DNA of 64,000 bases, taken from the NCBI GenBank assembly GCA_964188305.1, contig OZ076886.1; one strand, 5' to 3'. Under the pieces are notes generated by a model. The model searched no databases. It worked only from the letters and a program-made list of their open reading frames with translations, and had not been told where the DNA came from. Source of the stretch: Podarcis bocagei (lineage: Eukaryota). The position numbers and the translations under genes were made by a program. Below are positions 11,281-23,885 of this stretch, one piece after another; position 1 is the stretch's first letter, and each line of letters opens with the position of its first letter.

Positions 11281-13278
11281 TACACTATTGTTGGTGGATC
11301 TGCACTGCCGAATACACTACCAGGACAGGTTTAAAGTTTTGATGTTAGTATATGAAACCTTAAACAACATGAGACAAAGGTACTTGAGAGTGCCTTATTC
11401 CCTGTACCCCAAGTTGGTCATTGTGGTCATTAGGGTAGTTCCACATGTCTCAGAAACTCACTTTGTGGCTTTAGCATGGCAGCTCCTGTACTGCAGATCT
11501 TCATTCCAAGTAATATCAAACAGGTGTGTTGCCTTATTAGGCCCTCAACTCCTACTGAACACGTTTTTATTCAGAAATGCCTACCCAGATAGGTGAGCAC
11601 AGCCATGTCTACCATTAGTTTTGTCAAATGCCCGAGAAATATTTTATATTGTTCTAATGTGCTCTTATTATCTTATATGTTGCCATCTTGTAAAATACCT
11701 GTTGTACATTGCTTTGAAATTTTTCAGATGGGATTGTCAGATTTATTTTTAAAATTGCCAACTTCCCCTTCACACTGCCAACATACACAGACACACACAC
11801 CCCTCCTTTATTAAGATGTACATCAATTTGGGTGCAACAGCACTGAGCCCTTGTTAGAATTGTTTATAAAGTCATTTTTTATACTACTTTTTGGCCCTAA
11901 CAAGGGCTCCCCACAAAGCTTTTTACAAAAAAAAGAGTACAACCAAAAACAAACAAAACCCATCAGGAAACAAGATTCATTACCAAAAACTTTAACATTG
12001 ATTAAAAGGAAAAGGTAGTGCTTTTTTCCTATGCGACACCACTTTATAGAATATCTTGGCAAGTGAAGTATATCAGAATTATACTGCTTCAAATGGTTGT
12101 TAAGAAAGGTTCTTTAAAAAGGCTGACTAATTTATTTTTTCACTAGCTAAGTTTTATGTTTATTTTGATGGCTGTTTGGAACTGTTAGTTCTTAGTTTTA
12201 TCGTAATATTTTGATTGTGTGAGTCAGTTTAATTTGCAGAATTGCTGTTTTATTTTATACTGCATTGCTGTTGATTAATTAGCTGCCTTGAGGTTCTTTG
12301 GAAAAGACATTTCTAAAACAAATAATTTTAAAATAGTCAAAACCTCCCTGTTAAAAGCCACATGGGGCAAGAATGCTTTTGCTACCTGCCTAAATGCCAT
12401 CAGGGAAGGGGCCAGTTTCACCTCTTTGGGAATTCCTCCACCTGGGTGCCATCACAGAGAAGGCCCTGCCTTATCTTTGCACTAACTGAACTATCGGTGG
12501 GACATATATATCGGAGCCCATGAAGGTGATCTAAGTCTATGGGCAGGTTTATACAGGGCAATGTGATCTTTCAGCTATTTAACTGTTTTAGGGTTTTGTA
12601 GGTAAGCACTAGCACATTGAACTGCCCCCAGAAACAAATCACAGCCAATGTAGTTAACATAAGATAAAAGAAGAAGTATTGTGGCCTAAAAAGCTTACCC
12701 CCAAGAGCAATATGTCTTTGTTTCCTAGCACAATATCTCCTCGCACTTGTCACCTTGGTCCTTGACAACTGCTAAATCCATTATGTCCTGTTGTTTCAGC
12801 TCTCCAGCGTGACTGCTTAGCAAGCAATGAACCATTTATTCAGCTGGTGTTTGAGAGCCTAGTGTTCTTGTAAAGTCCGAAAGCATTTGAGAAGTTGAAC
12901 ACAAGCTGATCCAGCGCTTACGAAAATGCCTTGATGTTCCCCATTGATTTTCTCCTGTGACTAAGAGGCATCTGTCCAGCCTGCTCATGTAAAATGAGAA
13001 TGCTAATTTTTTCCCTAGAGGAAAGAATGCTTTTTAAGATTGGGATTTTTCTTGGCAGTCTAAATCTCCTAATCCATACCAGCCTGCCACAGCGGTCATC
13101 ATCTCTGAAAACAAGAAATAAAGCTAATATTGTAAGAACTCAGCACTTTGCAATTAGCGGGCAAAGGAAATGGAATGAAAATAGCCCATCTCATAATCAT
13201 CACAACGAGGCTAAAACTTGCCCTGGGACCTTAGGGTGAACAGCAAGATGATGATGATCGGGATATTGATGATGATGA

Positions 13279-13767
13279 CAGATCCTCCAAGTGTCCCTTT
13301 TTTCCAGGGACAGTCCTGGATTTACAGAAGCTGTCCCGGTTTCTGATTTGATCCCAGAATGTCCCTCTTTTCCTCAGGACGTCCCTAATTTCCATCAGAG
13401 AAATGCTGGAGGGTGTGGTAAGATGTCCATGTTTTCACTGGAGTTATGCAACCCCACAAGCCAAGGAGAAAAATAACTAGACAACCTTTAGAAGACATCT
13501 GAAGGCAGCCTTCCGTAGGGAAGTTTTAAAATGTTTAATTATGTTTTTGTATATGTTGGAAGCCACCCAGATTGGCTGGGGCAACCCAGTCAGATGGGTG
13601 GGGTTGTTGTTGTTTAGTCATGTCCGACTCTTCGTGACCCCATGAACCAGAGCACGCCAGGCACTCCTGTCTTCCACTGCCTCCCGCAGTGGGTGGGGTA
13701 GAAATCATAAAATTATTATTATTATTAAATCATTATTATTTTCATCAGAGAAATGTTGGAGGGTATG
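13279..13767. mobile_element. hAT-like MITE containing an L2 3' end and a BovB fragment
   Basis: Degenerate TIRs cagatcctccaag/gttggagggtatg in a (TGA)n tract, gggac/gtccc subterminal motifs, L2 3' UTR at ~13480-13740. Confidence 0.6.
13605..13689 (-). mobile_element. BovB/RTE LINE extreme 3' end
   Basis: gttgttgtttagtc..gtccgactcttcgtgaccccatg is the recalled BovB 3' terminus with (CAA)n tail; 10-bp TSD tgggtggggt (13595-13604, 13690-13699). Confidence 0.8.
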
Positions 13768-13802
<35 letters not shown>

Positions 13803-15503
13803 GGAAAGTGTCCAATGTAGGTGCTGTACAAAAACTGAAAAGCTCAAGTCCCTGTCCACAAGCTTACAATAGAGTGGGGAGAAGGGGAGTTTGTGAGGGG
13901 ATGGGTGAGGAGGGAAAGCTTTGCACTGCTTGCAGGAGGGAGTAAAAGGAGGAGGAAGGAGTTTTAAAAAGCAGGAATTAACCCGGGAGCAGGGACCTCT
14001 ATTTTTTTTAAGGTAACAAAATATGAGTTTTCAGTGATTCCTTAAAGTGAGTCAAGAAGGTGGTAGTTGAATAAGGACATCCAAGCAAAAGATAAGCTTT
14101 CTGGATTAGGCCAATGGCCTACCTAGACCAGGATCCTGTTCTCACAGTGGCCAAACAGATGCAAACAGCAGGACAAGGGCTCAGTAGCACTCTTCCCATT
14201 TACAGCTCCCAGCAACTGCCATTCAGAGGCATGGTGTATTTAAAGGTGGAGTGACGAGCCTTTTTGTCCTCCTGATGTTGATGAATTACAACTCTCAACA
14301 GCCCTATCATGCATGGCCAACAATTAGGCATGATGGGATGTGTCATTCAGCAACATCTGGAGGACCAGAGATTCGCCACACCTGGCTGAAAGGGAAAGAG
14401 ATGAATAAGAGTGAAGGCCACAGATGAGAAGTGGACAACTATGGTGGCATACACTTGAAGCGCTGGGGGTGCCCCCACAAAAGTTGGGCCTATGAAGATC
14501 ATAGATGACAGGAAGAATTATTTCGGTACTTCTGAAATCAGCAGTGGTTATATAATTACTCAGCATAAATGTGTTATTTCCAAGTAGGAAATAATAAAAC
14601 AGATTTGATGAAAACGTTAGCATAAAAAGATGGATCTAAGCCTGCATATATTATTATTTTTTCATCAGAGAATCCAGACGCCGTGCCACTACTTACCACA
14701 ATGAGTGTGAATTAGAATATCTACTTCAGCATAGATAGGATTTGCATAAGCACTTCAGTGGAAGGTTCCCGTTACGCAGCTGACAGCGATTCAAGAATTG
14801 GCAGTTTCCTGCAAAGGTTTGGCACGCTGCCTTTCCCAGAGTCTGGCTTGGGCAAACACATTCTAACTGCCCTGATCCTAATTCTGTTCTCCTTGACTGT
14901 GGGTGCCAAGTCTCTGCAGTCTGACTTCTCTTCAAGGCCAATCCTGTCTGAGAGACTTTTTCCCTCCCCCCCCCTTTTTTTGGCAGCTGCCTGTTTTCTA
15001 CACCTTGAGTAAGCTAAACAAAATGGAGGACAGCAGTGGTGCCAGTCTTCTCCATTGTGGACAGGAGGAAGGCAGTGCCATGCGACAGGGCCACAATAAC
15101 ATGTATCTGGAAACATGGTCCACAATTCTGGGCATCAGCTAGACTCAGAAGGAGTTCTTCAGGCTATGTAAACATACCAGAAACTGCCTCTGTAGAATAT
15201 TAGGGAATCGATCAGTAATTAACTAAACGTCACATGACATGACAGTGACTTAGCATATCTCTGAACAGGGTTGCAACAGGGTCTGGCTTTGAAGAGTTAC
15301 CACAGGAATGGGAAAGTTGTTATACTACAGCTGCCATCATTCCAAACACTTGGCCATTCTGGCTGGTGCTGATGAGAGTTGGAAGCCAACAACATCTGGA
15401 GGGCCAAAGGTTTTCCATCCCTTTCATATAATGAGAAATACTACCCACTCACCTTTGCTGGATTGGCTCAGGATTCAAATGTTTAGATGGCAGGAAAGCC
15501 CGC

Positions 15504-15941
15504 TGAAGTGATCACGCAGGGTCCCCAGACGTTTGACGGTCTATTGATCCCTGTGCCACCACTGTGATTGCTTCCCCGCTGCCACCAACCCGTTTCTCTC
15601 AGGTACACACAGAGTCCAGACAGTTGTTAACATTAAATCAAATAAGCAAGTTTATTTCATAAGCCTTAACAAGTTTATGGTTTCAGGTTCTTAATCTTAG
15701 TTTCTTTACCGGCCTATACGTTCCTAATAACTTCTAACGGATTATCCCAACTGTCTATCTGACTCCTCCTAACAGTTTTTCTCACTCTCTCACATCAAAA
15801 CTAGACCAACCCACAGGCTTATCCTCCCTCTTCCTTCTCCAACTCCCAACTCTAACTCCTCCCCTTGAGTTCCCACTGGCCAATCACTTCACACTCTTTT
15901 AACCCTTTCCTTATGACCCACCTAGGAGGGCAAATGCCACA
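15504..15941 (-). mobile_element. Probable solo LTR (Gypsy/ERV-like)
   Basis: TG...CA ends, 5-bp flanks cccgc/cccgt, minus-strand AATAAA near 15650, internal tRNA-Leu primer-binding-site-like motif. Confidence 0.55.
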
Positions 15942-16427
15942 CCCGTCAATCAAAGCGACCAGCCAAGGGGTTCCCCAGCTGCTGGCCCCCTAGCCCCATC
16001 GTTGCTCCTGGGAGATCAGAGCCCTCAGTGATGGGCCGCAACAGCCGCCCACCCCTTAACTTGGTAAACAGCCATTTGCAGATCCCAACGACAAGTTTCT
16101 CTACAGTGTGGAGGTCTGAATTTTAGTGTTAAAAAGTGAACCAATTTTTTATTGGCACAGAATAAAAATAATCAGATATCCTTCACTACAGATCAATGAT
16201 CACTATGAAATATGTTGACATTTCTGTTCCTCAACATCTAGAATTAAAATCATCAAGATGGCTAAGATATTTTTTAAATAAAAAAAAAAATCTAGATTTG
16301 TGGAAGAGAGCGTCCGCAGTAGTTACTTTGACTTCGGGATGTTAAAAATCTATTTAATAGGCTCTATTACTTTTGGAGGACAGCATATAAATCTCACAAA
16401 TAAATAAATAAATTTCCATTTCACAAA

Positions 16428-16839
16428 CTGTATACAATTCAGTGTGTTAGATCCAGTTACTGTGCAATCCTATGCATATCTACTCTGATGTCAGTGCCAC
16501 TGAGTTCCGTCAAACTTACTCCTAGTTAAGCATGCAATAAGCCCCACTGAAGTCAATGGGACATATTTCTGAATAGACGTGTAGACATTTTCTTCTCATT
16601 GAATTATGCCCTATTTCTTCCATTTGTTTCAAGTTTTAATCCACAGTATGCAACTCCAGGTAGAAAATTATATTACCAGTTTCTGAAGGCGTTGATATGG
16701 CTTTGCTGTATGCAACATTCAGATTTGGTCCATGTATAGCAATAGGTATAGTAGTGCAAAATTTCACTGTCTAGTGGTATGAGAGATCTTGTTGTCAAGC
16801 AGAAGCTGTTAACATCCTCCTTGATATGTACCACAAGAT
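16428..16839 (+). repeat. ~412-bp dispersed direct duplication, copy B
   Basis: Colinear with 7763-8174. Confidence 0.92.
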
Positions 16840-17160
16840 AGGTAAAAGGTAAAGGACCCCTGGACAGTTAAGTCCAGTCAAAGGTGACTATGGGGTTGCG
16901 ACGCTCATCGCGTTTTTAGGCCGAGGGAGCTGGTGTTTGTCCACAGACAGCTTTCCGGGTCATGTGGCCAGCATGACTAAAGCGCTTCTGGCACAACATA
17001 ACACCATGATGGAAGCCAGAGTGCATGGAAATGCCATTTACCTTCCCGCCACAGTGACGCCTATTTATCTACTTGCACTGGCGTGCTTTTGAACTGCTAC
17101 GTTGGCAGGAGCTGGGACAGATTCAAACCGCCGACCTTCTGATTGGCAAGCCCAATAGGC
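16840..17160 (-). mobile_element. Sauria SINE variant subfamily, 5'-truncated
   Basis: ACCTTT tail; body homologous to 1275-1624 with a different 3' segment. Confidence 0.82.
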
Positions 17161-17771
17161 TTATAGCTCTTAATTGGAGGATAGCTCCAATTAAAATTAA
17201 AAACAAACAAACAAACTTCAAAATGGTAACAATCTCTTACCACACCTCAAACAGGCTTCTACATAATAATGGGGGGGGGGGGGAATCATCCATGCTGGCA
17301 AAGTGTTCCATCCCTTATGACAAAGACAAATCTAGTATGTGGAAGACAAGATTGGGAGCCAATCAGGATTGGGCTAGTGACTTTATACAACTTGACCTGG
17401 GCTGTTGCATCTCTGCAACAGAATGGCATTAGAATGGCAGAATGGCAGAATGGCATTAGAGTTCTGGTAGACCAGGCTTTTGATTTGCTTTGGTGAAAGA
17501 CAAGGACAATAATTTTAAAAAGCCACTTTCTGATCAGATGAAATCTGTGTGTGAAAACACAAAATACCTATAAAACAGGCTTGCTTTGATGATTTGGGAC
17601 TTTTTAAGGGGCCAAAGAGAAGCAGTTGCCCCAAGGTTTAAACATTCCGCTTCCAGGCCTCTCAGGTTGCAAACCCATGAACATGAAAAGTAAGTCCTAC
17701 TGAATATCTTTAGAACTTATTTCCATGTAAACATGCATTAGAACATTCTGTTAGAATCTCTTAAAGGTCAT

Positions 17772-17804
<33 letters not shown>

Positions 17805-18622
17805 AAGGAAGTCAGTATGGCAAACTGCCCACATTGGACTTTTATTGATCCAGTTGATCACAAATGGTTTCAGAAATATTTGATCACTCCACATTCCCTG
17901 ACAGACACTGTCAGCAAACATCTATACCCTTGAAGTCATTCATCCTGCCACTGTAGGCTTTAAGAAGCAGGGAAGCAAGATCAGAGGGCGTAAAAAGGAT
18001 TGATAGTTTCTAATGCTTTCCAAAAATGAGAAAATGAGGACACGGCTAATCCTTGCTTTTCAAAGAGGAGCCCTTTTGTTCGTTCCCTGAAACTCAGTAA
18101 TTCAAATCAGTTGGAATTAAATTAATATGGATAGGCAGTTCTTTCTTGGGCTGATAAGGGCTTATTCAGCTCTGGTAGCAAAATGAAGCGCTCACAGTAT
18201 TTGTTTCTCAAGTTGCCAAATCCAATCAAACCATCTTCCACTGCGTCAGGAAGGCAGCCACAATTAACAACAGGGAGGGGAAAATGTGCAGCAAACTGTA
18301 TTTTTACAGATACATGAATGTGGCGTCACAACCCATGCAGTGCTGACAACCACTCCTAAACCATGCTTATGCAGAGAAGGGGAGAAGCCAGAGGGTCCCA
18401 GATCTTCATAAACTATACCCTGATCCTGTACTGCCATCTTGCTCCCATGAATGAACCTATTACTCTCTTCCCAATGATGGCTGCTAGCTAAGGAAATATC
18501 AGCAATAAGGTATGTGGTGGGGACATTTTGCAGCTTCACAGATTTACACAATTTAGTTCTTTGTTTTGTAAAAATGTTTTCATCCTGGCTTTCTGCAGTA
18601 ATACCAAACCAACAGTCATGGG

Positions 18623-19220
18623 AATTGCCCAAAAAAGATGATAGGTTATTTTTGTATGCCACTATATTGGCAAGACTTTTATTAGCCAAAAATGGGAAAT
18701 CGCAAGAAATACCAACAATAGAAGAATGGCAGATGAAGATATTGGACTTTTTGGAGCTGGCCGACCTGACTGGAAGAATCCATGACCAGAAAGAAGAGGA
18801 GACACAAGAGGATTGGAAGAAATTTAAAGAATATTTAGCTAAATAATGTAATATAAGATAAATAGAAAATCCTTGGAAGTAACAAATAGGCCTAGGGGTA
18901 GAATAAGGATATGTGGTAGTAAACATTAAGGATTAGAAGATTAATAAAGGAAAAAAAGATTAGTAAATGAAAGGAGTTAATATTATCAGAAATATGTATT
19001 TAGAGAACTGTTATAAATGTGATATAATGAAATTCAGTTTGAGGAAGTCAGTTATCAATGTTATGAGAATTGGGTATTAGAAGAAATAATTTCTTTTTGT
19101 GTTTAATTTTATTGTATTGTAATGTGTTTTTCTTTGTTTTTTTTCTTTGTCTTGTGGTTTTTTGTTAGGTCTTTTTGTGATAAATGTGAAAATCAATTTT
19201 AAAAATTTTTTAAAAAAAAC
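18623..19220 (+). mobile_element. L1-clade LINE 3' end (ORF2 C-terminus, 3' UTR, polyA)
   Basis: LFLYATILARLLLAKNGKSQEIPTIEEWQMK...QEDWKKFKEYL resembles non-mammalian L1 ORF2 termini; A-tail; TSD cagtcatggg (18613-18622, 19221-19230). Confidence 0.8.
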
Positions 19221-19533
19221 CAGTCATGGGGAACCCCTGTTTCTGCTTTCTGAAACTCTACTCTGAAACTGCCCAATTATGGCCATTTTAGAACTATTAC
19301 TTGGATTTTTATTTTATTTTTCAATTTTAAATACTCCTCATATGCAAAGCTGTATCATGCTGAATTATGCAGGTGTTTTACGCAGAACTGTACAGCACAG
19401 CCGCTGAACATGCCTGATGGGGTGCTGTGCATGGCAGGATTACTGTATACCGACATTTATTGGACGATGTCACGTTTGACACATGCTCAGAGTAAACTCG
19501 GGCCACACATAAGCAACAAGCAAAGTGACTCCG

Positions 19534-20343
19534 AGGGTGGATCTACACACAGGAAAAACCCGCTATAAATATATATTTTTTAAAAATGATATTTATTAAA
19601 AGTTTAAAATTACAGAAAAAAGTGGGGAAAAAGAGAAAAAAGACATTAAACAATACAAGTCAATACATATAAAAAATAAAATAAAAGAAAAAAGAACAAA
19701 ACACACAATACATCAAGACCAAAAACAGAAGCAAAAAAATTAAAAATAGATCCAATATTTCCATATCTTTGTCTTTCATTAACTTGTTTCATCGACCTCT
19801 TCATACCTCCCTTTTTTGTATTCTAGTTATTAATTATTTCAGCAAATCCTTTCCATCTTTCACTATTTTCTGTCATTTAATTGTCTTAATTTATTTTAAC
19901 CTTATCTTACCATAAAAAAACCTAAAACTTAAAACTTATTTGTACACAACTCCTTATAACATTTCTACTAAAGCCATATAGTTTCATTCCAACATTTTTC
20001 TAACACTCATAAATTTTTCAATATTTCTCTAAATAAATTTTTAAACTTTCTTCCACCGTCTCTTCACCCTGGTCTCGGGTTCTGTCAGTCTTTTCTATCC
20101 ATTCCATCTAGTCCATCAACCTGGTGATCTCCTGTCCGAGGCTCTTAACTCTTTTCCATGTCCCTTCTGCAGATCTTCTTCAAAAACCCGCTATAAATAA
20201 GTCATAAATGAAATCGTTATAACGGAAGAAAAAAAGCACTATGTAAAATCTCATAGAAAAGTTTTTTGCTCTACAGCACCACCTGGTGCTGCATGTTTAT
20301 AACACATTCAAAACACTGTTGTTTGACTAATGTAGCTGAGTCC
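19534..20343. mobile_element. Possible PIF/Harbinger-like MITE hosting the 19572-20181 insertion
   Basis: Degenerate inverted ends ggtggatctacac / tgtagctgagtcc. Confidence 0.35.
19572..20181 (-). mobile_element. 5'-truncated copy of the non-autonomous L1-dependent element family (see 25235-27369)
   Basis: Perfect 18-bp TSD aaaaacccgctataaata (19554-19571, 20182-20199); homologous to 26736-27369. Confidence 0.85.
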
Positions 20344-20702
20344 CCAGTTTCTCGGTTCTAATGCAGTTGGTGGCACCAGTGCCAGGCTCTTGTAGACTCT
20401 TGCCTTGCCAAGAGGCACACTGCATGTTGGAGTGCTTCTGCAGTGGCTAGTGGCTAGCACACAGTGGCTGGCACACAGTTCTTGTTGGAGGAACTGGACA
20501 TGGAGGAAGGGCTTAATGTTGTTCATGGGCATAAATCGCCCCATGGATAAAATAAGCCAACTGGTGCATGGGCAGCCAAGCCAGTTGCTATGTTAATGGT
20601 CCAGTGATGACTATATAAGGCATTTCAGCTCATTAGTGTCATGGTCTTGTGCTGGGTTTCAGAGTCTGTGTCACGTCACGAATTGCTGAAGCAAAAGAAA
20701 TA

Positions 20703-20933
20703 CAGTGGTACCTCGGGTTAAGAACTTAATTCGTTCTGGAGGTCTGTTCTTAACCTGAAACTGTTCTTAACCTGAGGTATCATTTTAGCTAATGGGGCCT
20801 CCTGCCGCTGCTGCGCTATTTCTGTTCTCATCCTGAAGCAAAGTTCTTAACCTGAGGTATTATTTCTGGATTAGCGGAGTCTGTAACCTGAAGCATCTGT
20901 AACCTGAAGCGTCTGTAACCCGAGGTACCACTG
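20703..20933. mobile_element. MITE family A, copy 4
   Basis: Same TIRs and TA TSD. Confidence 0.9.
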
Positions 20934-23250
20934 TATTGTGTGTATGTGTATCTGCAAAGCCTACAAGTTGTATGTATCAACGTCCATAACTGTATTACTG
21001 AAGCCTTATCTTTTGCTACAGTAAACTATTTTGGACCTTAAGCTGCCTCTGTGTGGTAAACTGGAACTGGGGGCAACTTGTGCCATATGGGGAATCTCAC
21101 CTCAGATTCCCAACATTTCTGTGGTTTGGGTAAAGTCACATAATAAAATCAAAATATAAAACCTCAAAATATATAAGCAAAATAAAAACAACAACCCCCC
21201 CCCAAAAAAAATCCAATCTTTTAAAAGGGTGTTGGATGTCAGTAAGATCAACCAAAGGCCTGGTTTAAAAGGAACATTCTTGCCTGGTGCCTAAAGGTGT
21301 ATAATGAAGGCACCAGGCAAACTTCCCTGCTAGGTTGGCAGAAGCTGGGACAGAGCAACGGGAGCTCACTCTGTCACATAGATTTGAAATGGACCATTAT
21401 GTTGGTCCAGACTGAGTTTCCTCTCTAGGATCAGTCTTGACTGAATACATATGGATACATGAAGTTGTCTTATAACTAGTCAGACCTTTAATCCGCTCAG
21501 ATGTGAAAGAATGAAGCCGTTTCACCCATTTTGTTTCGTTTTGGGGATGTAAAGTGATGGCAAAATGACTTAAATAATTTACATAATTAATGACACGCCA
21601 TGTAGTTTTGTCACGGTGGACAGCAAGTCAAATAATGTTGGTTTTGGTGGGCGGAGAACTGTGGCAGAACGGAAGCAGCGTTGCCTGTGACAAATGAAGG
21701 AGAATGATGCCTTCTTCTGTTCCTATTGCAATGGACAGAAGGAACTCAGGATTGAGGTCAAGGGAACAGTCTGGGCTAGTAGCAGAATCATTTCCCTATT
21801 TTATTGTTCATTTGCTTTTACGGTTCACTCGTCGTATATTCTTTAAGGATAATATCCGCCCCCAAGGATTAGTCACAATAAATGCTTAGAGAGCAATTGT
21901 AACCAGTCCTGATGTTATGAAGGATATGGCAGATCTACCCATCACTGGGCAGGGGCCATTCATCACTGTGGAGGACTCTTTCAAGGCAGATTCCTACCTT
22001 CTTATGTTTGCAAAGTGCCATGCCATGGAGGGTATTATATAAACAAATAATATTTTAAGACACTGTTCTAAAAACCTGCCCAAATCACCTTTGGAAGCAG
22101 CCTCCCCCAATATGGTGCACTCCAGATGTTTGGAATACAATTGCCATCATCCCTGAATTTTCCCCAACACTGGCTGTAGTGTAACTGTAATCCCAAACAC
22201 ATATGGAGTGGTTTGCAGAAGCCTGCTTTCAAGGGTGAATGTTATTTTCCCATCCCATGAAGATATTTGACATCAGTTATCCCTCCTGAAAGTGTCACAG
22301 TATGCGCTGCCCTTTCATTAACCTATTGTGTAATTTTGTGGCTACTTCAAGCAGGGAGATAGTTGATTAGAACTCTTCTTGATGAAATATTAGCTTTTCA
22401 CAGAGTACCCTGGAGCCTCAGAGACCGTCTTCACAAGATGAAACAGCCGTCCTTTTCAAATGGTGCCAGCCTTTGCTCATCACGCTCTTCCGCCTCCCCT
22501 TTCCCAAAATATAAAGACTCCAAAGGAATTGAAGCTGCAGGTGGACTTAGGATGTGTCTATTTAGTTCATTGCTTCAAATATTTATAGGTGGTCTTTATG
22601 AGTAAAACTGTGTAAGACAAATGGAGAGCAGATCCTCTTGATGTTTCAATTCCTGTAGGATGTTGTTAAAATCAGCAGGTACATTATTAAATTTGTTTCT
22701 GCTTGTTAAGGAAGAGTAGGTATGGCTAAGGATTTTCCACTAGCGGTACTGTAAATGTCTTTATTCATGCAAATGTATTTACTCCTTTGGCACTTGTTTT
22801 CCCAAAAAAAATACCCAACGGCTATCGTTGAGTGCTTTTGGCTCCTCTTAGTCTGCAGCCCAAATACCGACAGTGAACTGAGATATTTAAACCAATGAAA
22901 TAAATGATTGCAAGCATCAGGATTCCTTCTGGTTCAGGTGTGTTGGCTGCAACACACAAGAATGCATGCAGCTGCCTTATACTGAGTCCGGCTATTGGTC
23001 TGTCTAGTTCATTATCATCCACACTGGATTTTGGATTTTGGATTCTTACCACTGAACTATGGCCCTCCCACTATCACACAAGCACCCAGGGTGCCATGAA
23101 CCATTGTGCAGAAATGATAACGGTGCTAACATGTGCCAAAAGCCACTGGGGACATTCCTGCTTTGCTTGTTTCTCATTGGTCTCTTCTGGGTTCCTGCAG
23201 AGTTCTTCTGGTTCAATCCTGAATGTGGTAGTCAAGCTGGTTGGCTAATA

Positions 23251-23481
23251 CAGTGGTACCTCAGGTTAAGTACTTAATTCGTTCCAGAGGTCCATACTTA
23301 ACCTGAAACTGTTCTTAACCTGCATCACCACTTTAGCTAATGGGGCCTCCTGCTGCTGCTGCATGATTTCTGTTCTCATCCTGAAGCAAAGTTCTTAACC
23401 TGAAGCACTATTTCTGGGTTAGCGGAGTCTGTAACCTGAAGGGTATGTAACCTGAAGCGTATGTAACCTGAGATACCACTG
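23251..23481. mobile_element. MITE family A, copy 5
   Basis: Same TIRs and TA TSD. Confidence 0.9.
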
Positions 23482-23852
23482 TAACAACCACTTCGAAGCA
23501 TTCCTGTGTTTACAATATTTCCGCAACAGTGGTCTCAAAAACAAACCCGCATCTAACCCAAGCACTTGCAGCAGCAGAACACCGTATTTTCACCGGAGAT
23601 TTCCACAAGCGCCATTATTATTATTTATCAAATGATTTATTACATTTGAATACCACCCTGTTTGTACCTGTTAATAAACACCGTGAGATTTATTATTCAT
23701 ATAAAAACGAGATAATTCTATATCCCATATAAATATATTTAGCTGGTTCTCCTTTGCTGAGGGTCTCAAATGGTCCCCCCCCCACTGTGGCCCAAACTCA
23801 CTGTTAGCTGCCCTGACTCACAGTGTGCACTAAATTAAACATATTTTGGGGT

Positions 23853-23885
<33 letters not shown>

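Noticed and set aside
20272-20292. CTCF-like palindrome cagcaccacctggtgctg
   Set aside because: It has mismatches to the consensus and lies within a probable MITE; no independent support.
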